This document shows positions 55,451 to 62,481 of a DNA stretch of 62,481 nucleotides, in pieces. The stretch is taken from positions 1 to 62,481 of the forward strand of contig NW_021831873.1 of the NCBI RefSeq assembly GCF_006345805.1, read 5' to 3'. A model generated the notes under the pieces. The model was not told the origin of the DNA and ran no database searches. It saw only the letters and a list, made by a program, of their open reading frames with translations. A program made the translations under genes and the position numbers. The stretch is from Octopus sinensis (taxonomy: Eukaryota). The stretch's first letter is position 1. Each line of letters begins with the position of its first letter.

Positions 55451-56138
55451 TAAGTAACTAGAAGGTTTATAACTCTATTTAAGAATATTAACAACTTAGA
55501 GGGGATAAGAGGTTTATTGGTAAAAGTATCAAAATAAGAAAACAAATTAAGAAATTATAGAGACTTGTGAGATAATATTTATAACTTACACTTTACAGAG
55601 ACAGAGTCTTAAAATTTGAGGAAGGGGAGAGATAAAGATAATCCCACAGAAGTAATAGGTATGGTAGTAGTGAGAGTAGTAGGGGGTATTCAAAGCGAAG
55701 GGATATTTTATATGTTATAAGGTTACCTTTGTTATTACATACATGATTTTATAGTTTCACAGGGGTATATAATTTGGAGGCTTACTCACATAAAAGCCAT
55801 TACATAATACATAATATGATTAGTAGGGTAGAACATCATAGAAAGGAATAAATAATTTAATCACCAAAAACATGATGAAGTCAGACTAACTAGGTAGGAT
55901 TATTCAAAGGACAGTAACTACATATAGCATAACATAGTATATGCAATGCACTTTAATTCATCATATATCTCATTATCCCATGATTTTATTATATATAATA
56001 CTCGGGGGTAAGTTCACATCAGATATGAAACTAAAAATTAATTTCCCCAATCTAGGTTGAAGTATAGCTCCTTCAAACGCTAATTTCGAAAATATTTAAA
56101 TGCACAGGTGACTCTATGTACGCATGATAGCCTTAGGT

Positions 56139-56400
56139 CTAATTATTATTAATCAGGCAAAATTCGTTTCCACTTTCCTTCAGTTCCCAAATCTTGCTGG
56201 ATAAGGATGTACAGTTGAGCCAATGTTTGAGCTTAAAAGATTTTTTTAAAATATTTATTGAACATCCTATATATATAAAGTTACCAGCTACAGTTGTGAT
56301 TGTATACTTATGGATTACGATTTGGATTAGACATCGGCCTATTAATGGACAGTGGTGTTTAACTCTACAATTGCAACTAGGAGAATTACTACTGTTAATA
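56139..56400 (-). mobile_element. Penelope-like GIY-YIG endonuclease remnant
   Basis: CNCRVKHHCPLIGRCLIQIVIHKYTI...YIGCS...TSLSSKIWELKE. Confidence 0.82.
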
Positions 56401-56459
56401 TTATTAATATTCATACCATTATTATTATTAATATCAGTATTATTGCTAATCCATATATG

Positions 56460-56507
<48 letters not shown>

Positions 56508-56562
56508 ATATATATATATGCATGTATACATACATATATGTACATATATATATATATATATG

Positions 56563-57526
56563 TAATGTAGGATAAAATTTTTTCGAAAAAAAAAATTATC
56601 AATGGCCAGCATATTAAAAATACCTTTAAAGGTTAAATTATAAACAACTTATAACTAAGGGCAAACGAAAAAATTCTAATGCCAAATATGCCGAAAATTG
56701 GACATAATGTCCATTTACCATATAACTTTTTCCAGTACGCACGCTACTCGAAAAAGGTCAACAGAAATCTCTTTAAAATTCCATTATTACCATATCGGAG
56801 CGATTTCAGGGTTATTTCAAAAAGAATCCTCCCTTCGTCAGTGATACATGGGGCAAAGAAGTAAATGAGATACTTACTCATACCCATGGAAGAAGCAAAC
56901 ACTAAGTCATGAACACAACTAAGTACCCCAAATAAATCCAAAATAGAAATACTCCGGCCCATTCAAGATACGTGCGATTTGAACTGAGGCACTCACAGAG
57001 TGGGAGAGTCCGGAAGTGAACACTAAATTTATATCTAATGTAGGATAAAATTATTTCGAAAAAAAAAAATGTTATCAATGGCCAGCATATTAAAAATACC
57101 TTTAAAGGTTAAATTATAAACAACTTATAAATAAGGGCAAACGAAAAAATTTCTCATGCCAAGTATGCCAAATTTTTTCGTTTGCCCTTATTTATAAGTT
57201 GTTTATAATTTAACCTTTAAAGGTATTTTTTATATGCTGGCCATTGATAAAAAAAATTTTTCCGAAAAAACTTTATCCTACATTAGATATAAATTTAGTG
57301 TTCACTTCCGGACTCTCCCAATCTGTGAGTGCCTCAGTTCAAATCGCACGTATCTTGAATGGGCCGGAGTATTTCTATTTTGGATTTATTTGAGGTACTT
57401 AGTTGTGTTCATGACTTAGTGTTTGCTTCTTCCATGGGTATGAGCAAGTATCTCATTTACTTCTTTGCCACATGTATCACTGACGAAGGGAGGATTCTTT
57501 TTGAAATAACCCTGAAATCGCCCCGA
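56563..57526. repeat. 473-bp tandem unit plus a fold-back palindrome (arms ~56795-57152 and ~57170-57526, 17-nt spacer)
   Basis: TAATGTAGGATAAAATT occurs at 56563 and 57036. The right arm is the reverse complement of the left with only a few substitutions. Confidence 0.92.
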
Positions 57527-57681
57527 GAGTTATTTATGTTTAACAACTGAAAGAATTTAATAAAGGCATCTAAATATGAAACATCATGAAAGTTGTTCAA
57601 ATTGAAGTTCTTCTTGAGCGTCACATTTTTCCATTTGAGACAATAGGGGATTTCAGATTGTATTTATGGAATCTTGATTTA

Positions 57682-57711
57682 CTGTCGGGTGAATTTTTGG
57701 CCAACCCTGTA
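57682..57711 (-). mobile_element. Solo Tc1/mariner-like terminal inverted repeat
   Basis: Reverse complement TACAGGGTTGGCCAAAAATTCACCCGACAG. I found no partner TIR. Confidence 0.35.
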
Positions 57712-58275
57712 CTCACACACACACACACACATATTTATACATATAAATATATATACACACACACTCTTACACACATTTATATATACAAAATAATATGAGA
57801 GAACAGAGAGGTAATTAATAAATTACTATTCATTAATAAAAAATCTGACAAACATCCCTTACAAATGTTTCAATTGAGACCCTCAAAAAATTAATTAATC
57901 AAATTAAAACTTATTTGTAAGTCGAATCTCTTCAGATGTAGATACCTACCTCTGATTGTCAATTTTTTTTATTGAAAAATAACAATTTATTTTTTACTTC
58001 TATTCTCTCATCTTATTGTTATAATAAATAAAAAATATATAAACCACGGTTTATATAGTTACCTTGAAGTTGAGTATTAATGTTCATTACTCTTTGTATA
58101 GGTAATTAGCCAGAACCTTCGATGTATTCTGCTATCGCTGAATGAGGTTTGTAACCTTTAATTGTGCTTCTGTTATATATTTTTGTCTCTGCTTATTTTC
58201 CCTTATTCTTTTCTGATGAGAGCGAAGATTGTTGTTCATACACCAGTCTTCGTCGTTTATTTTTCTATCAATTCC

Positions 58276-58347
<72 letters not shown>

Positions 58348-58439
58348 AAAAAGGACAAATAAACACACACACATATATATATATATATGTATTATATGTA
58401 TATATGTATGTGTATATATGTATATATATATATATATAT

Positions 58440-58514
58440 AATTTAATAAATAAAATATATGCATACATACATACATATATGTACGTACCTACATCTACAT
58501 GTATATATACATGC

Positions 58515-58557
<43 letters not shown>

Positions 58558-59296
58558 AATACAGGACACCACAAATAAACGTAGAACACAACGAGAAACG
58601 AAAGCATAAAAACAACTAGGAAACGGACTTTTTTTAACAATGAAAAACAGAGTACAAGACAAACAATACAAGGAATATTCCCCTTCATCAGCTGTCCCTG
58701 GATTGACTCAATGCGTGTTTCGAAGGTAAGGACAGAACACGCCCCGACGAACTAGTCCTTCCTGCGAAAGAATTAAAATAAAATTCCTTTGCAGAGGGGT
58801 AAAAACAAAAAAAAAACAAAAAACATGACAAGAACAGGACGTAAAAGCAATACAAATAAAATACAATTACAAATAGAAAATAAAAATACAAGTCCAAAAA
58901 AATACAGTACACATGAAGAATAGAAACAGGACAAAAAAAAAACAAACATTAAGGGCTGTCTTTTAAGCCTAGACGATGGATACATTCAGATTCGCAGGAA
59001 GGATTGTCGACGAGTTGTGTTCTGTCCTTACCTTCGAAACACGCATTGAGTCGATCCAGGGACAGCTGATGAAGGGGAATATTCCTTGTATTGTTTGTCT
59101 TGTACTCTGTTTTTTCGTTGTTAAAAAAAGTTCGTTTCCTAGTTGTTTTTATGCTTTCGTTTCTCGTTGTGTTCTACGTTTATTTGTGTTGTCCTGTAAT
59201 CACATATATATATATATATATGCATGTATATATACATGTAGATGTATGTACGTACATATATGTATGTATGTATGCATATATTTTATTTATTAAATT
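58440..59296. repeat. Inverted duplication with ~330-bp arms that include a microsatellite flank
   Basis: Left 58440-58770 versus right 58990-59296. The arms share GGAATATTCCCCTTCATCAGCTGTCCCTGG and TACATCTACATGTATATATACATGC. Confidence 0.9.
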
Positions 59297-59769
59297 ATTG
59301 TATGACTGAGCACCATCTGGTCGTTTCGTTTCTTTTCTCCAAGTAAGTTTATATATATATATATATATATATATAGTTAATCACACCACATTTTTACTCT
59401 TAAAAATATTTTCATTCTAATTAAACAGCTACTCCTGTAGCTTTTTGAAGCGCACACACCAACTGCTTTTCATGCAATATCCATATCTCACACCTCACTG
59501 CCAGTGAGCTTCGCTAGGTTTTCCATTCTCACATTTTGTTTCACCGAGGCACTGACCTTTTCGATATCCACAATAAAATTCTTTGTCAACAAATTTATTG
59601 AGTTGTTTTTTTGTTTTTTCTTTTTGAAGTAGTTGTATCTCATATATTGGACTTATGTAAATATATGCGTACAACCACACACGCACGCACGCATACATTC
59701 ACATACACACACGCGCGCGCGCATGAATATATTATATGCAGATAATTTCTCTTTCGTACGACGTCGAAA

Positions 59770-60861
59770 TAGAGCATCACTGGTTTTGCAAGCGAAGGCG
59801 TAAAACTAATTCTTGGTGGTCACGTGACTGTTTAAAGCGTGAGCAGTATGATTTTAGCGCGCTTTTTACTGTGTGGACGGACTATAAAGACTATTAGTGA
59901 ACATGTTGCAGAGTTGCCTCCTGCTGGAAACCGATGTGAAAGGGTGGTTCGAAGTCTGCTGGAAGACCATGTGCGACATTGACGTGTGATGTGCTGAGAA
60001 ACCGATGCGAGTGGTCTTATGATATAGTCGGTGCCATGCAATTGATGTGTGCGATGATGCCGGACAAATTCGTGTGGTGCCGTTGACACACTATTTGGTG
60101 TCGAGTGTGAAGTTGGCTTCGGTAATTAATGTGAACAGTAAACTTGTCAAAATAAAGAATGCGGAATTGTACCGTGAATTTGGAAGTAACAAAAGAATCT
60201 AGTCGAAAAAACAAAGGATTAAAAAATGAAATAGAAATTAGATCATTATACTGGTGAATAAAGGAAGAGCTCACCGAAAGAGGTCTAAACATTTCAGAGG
60301 TAAATAAAATTATTCCCTAAAAACTCGAAACTAAACGCTCGTCGTCTCGACAAATATACACCATTTAAAAATCTCTTATAGTTATTTTCTGTGAATTGGA
60401 GCTTCTTTACTTTAGATAACTTCTAGTTCTTACGATGCTTAATTAAAAACACTGCTCTCTCGCTTTGCAAGCGAAGGCGAAAACATAATTCTTGATGGTC
60501 GTTATAATTTCCATCTTAAACTGCAATTTGAATTCAAAATCTTGTCAGCTCTTTTCTACAGCAATCGTTTTACACATGTTGCGCTGTATGTCTTCCTGTT
60601 CGTTATTTTCTTATTTATAAGATACTCTTCTTTATTTCGTTAATTTCCCAAGTTTTTTGTCCAGCATGAACTAAAACTAACACTACCACGTGTTAACTAG
60701 TAGTCTTGATAGTCCGTTCACACAGAAAAAAGTGCGCCAAAATCATATCGCCTACGCTTTAAGCAGGCACACGACCAGCAAGAATTATGTTTTCGCCTTC
60801 GCTTGCAAAGCAAGAGAGCAGTGTTTTAATTAAGCATCGTAAGAACTAGAAGTTATCTAAA
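59770..60861. mobile_element. Non-autonomous TIR element with two left-type termini and one right terminus
   Basis: 60411-60494 versus 60779-60861 is a near-perfect ~83-bp inverted repeat. 59785-59905 versus 60690-60815 is a more diverged ~125-bp inverted repeat. Confidence 0.75.
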
Positions 60862-61127
60862 TATAATTTCTTCCGTTCTTAACAAATATATATAATTTTT
60901 TGTCAGTTTATTTGTCTCTGTCTTTTCTCCTTGTACTGTATGAATTAACTGATGTAGTTTTAGAGTCACGTTTTGACTGCTATCTTTGGCATGATGCTAT
61001 CGTTTAGGCACCCTTAACTTTAATAATAATTATTACCTAAAAGGTGTTTATTCCTATGCTGGCCCCTTGATATCATCAGTATTTCAAATAACGGTCTTAC
61101 CCTTAAATATATATATATATATATATA

Positions 61128-62481
61128 CTAGCAGTACAGCCCGGCGTTGCTCGGATTAAGTTAGGATTATTAAGTAATCAAGACATCAGATTTGAGCGAA
61201 ATCTGTTGAAATTGGTAAACGTATAGCTGAAAATGGGTTGCAGGCAATTTGATTGGGAAATCCCATAAGGAATCCGTTTATCGATTATTTTTACACATCG
61301 ATGGTTTTTTTTTTTTTGGTTTTTTTGAGAACTTAAAGCATTCAAATATTCCATGAGTCCTAAGTAATGCTGGCATCACGTTTTAGCAAAATATGTCAAA
61401 ATTCGTAATAGTTATGGTTGAAAATGGGGTGTAGCCAATTTTAGTGGGAAATCCTATAAGGAATCGGTTTATCAATTTTTTATCCTGATTAAATGAAAGC
61501 CCCCAAATGGATACCTGCCACCGATAGTGTTTAGCCTTGGAATTTGTTGATGGACATGTCGAAGCATGGTCTCACAGGGAACTGCGATCTGCGGAAGTTA
61601 AACGTCATGTCTGACCCCGAGAGATAAAGCTGCATCCCTGAAACGAAAACATTTTCACCCCTCTCGTACCCTGTATCAATGGTGGCTTCATTTAAGTGAT
61701 GGGTCAGGGACTTGATTACTTGATTGCACTGTTTAGGTGGAAGCAAGTTTCTGATTAGCATAATTGGGCATCCAATCCTTAGCCTAAGAATGTGAGGTGG
61801 AAGCCTTGCTGGTTCCAATGAGTTAAGAAACTCAATAGAGTAATTGTTAATGTCTTTGGGGTCAGATTTGTAGATGCGTTCCACACCCGGAATTCGGCTT
61901 ATGAACTGGTCTTTGATAGCACTGACAGCTACTTTTTGGGGGACCAGGATGGTTCTTTCACTGATCTAACTGATGCCTGCATAATTACTTTCCAGATTGG
62001 GGAACACAGTTTCCAAAAGATCGCAAGGGTTGTCCACAGTGTTACAAAGTTCAGACCTTCTCCAGGGGCAAAATGTCATCAGCAAATGCTGCAGACATGC
62101 TATCATCAAGCAAATGCGCACACTTGTTTGTGCTTAGACTTAAGGTCTCAACCTGGAGCCACAATGTGGATTACTTAAGGCATGCACGCACTTCATCAGC
62201 TCGGCTCCCTTTAGGGATGACAAGAAATTTTTGCTGGAAATCTCCTGAAAGCAATAGAGTTACTCCACCCATAAAAGCTCTAGAATCCCTGATACCTTTC
62301 AGTGACCAGTCCAGTGCCTCAAGGGCACCCTTATTGGTCATTGTGCATTGTCTAAGAACTTCAGCTTCCTCTGAATTTTTGCCATTGTTGCAAGTGGGAA
62401 CCGCGGCCCTCACCAAATGTAAAGGCATCTTGAATGCCGAGTGCACCATCCTAACTCCTGGCAATAGCATAGCTGCGATTC
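61128..62481 (-). mobile_element. Helitron 3' end with degraded PIF1-like helicase; continues beyond the window
   Basis: LLSGDFQQ...ADEVRACLK and EFLNSLEP..LPPHILRL.IG.PIMLIRNL...QFPVRPCFDMSINK.QG. Minus-strand terminus CCGAGCAACGCCGGG hairpin then CTAG|T at 61128. Confidence 0.92.

Noticed and set aside
57470-57525. CTGACGA-stem-GAAA in the 473-bp unit as a hammerhead ribozyme
   Set aside because: Stem II relies on G-U pairs, stem III and the NUH triplet are missing, and stem I is only 3 bp.
59030-59100. GAAAC...GTC...CTGATGA motifs in the 58.4-59.3 kb arms as a hammerhead ribozyme
   Set aside because: Core words are present, but stem I does not pair in type II topology and no GAAA follows CTGATGA for type I or III.
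59495-59698. Cys-containing minus-strand ORF as an exon of another gene
   Set aside because: No recognisable domain, weak splice sites and no partner exons.

Overview
AT-rich, microsatellite-dense eukaryotic DNA. The tRNA-derived SINE family resembles, from memory, octopus SINEs, so a cephalopod origin is likely (inference, not checked). I can support one host gene, which the ORF track shows only in pieces. It has three exons on the + strand (25550-25898, 50144-50323, 51890-52122) that splice in frame to a 253-aa secreted protein: signal peptide, PAN/apple-like module, then a C-type lectin domain with a non-canonical NPS/WND sugar-binding site. Its 24.2-kb first intron is packed with mostly antisense retroelements. 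The rest of the window is transposons and repeats: RTE, L1/Tx1, CR1, many R4/Dong-type RLE elements, Penelope-like remnants (one with a decayed minimal hammerhead ribozyme), three mariners (one with an open 350-aa ORF), a Helitron 3' end, four SINEs, about ten inverted repeats or fold-backs, and long microsatellites. Most short ORFs in the track are microsatellite or antisense artefacts. I found no clear new multi-gene system. The best leads are the PAN-lectin gene, the hammerhead relic and an unidentified convergent pair of formerly coding repeats at 14-16.4 kb.
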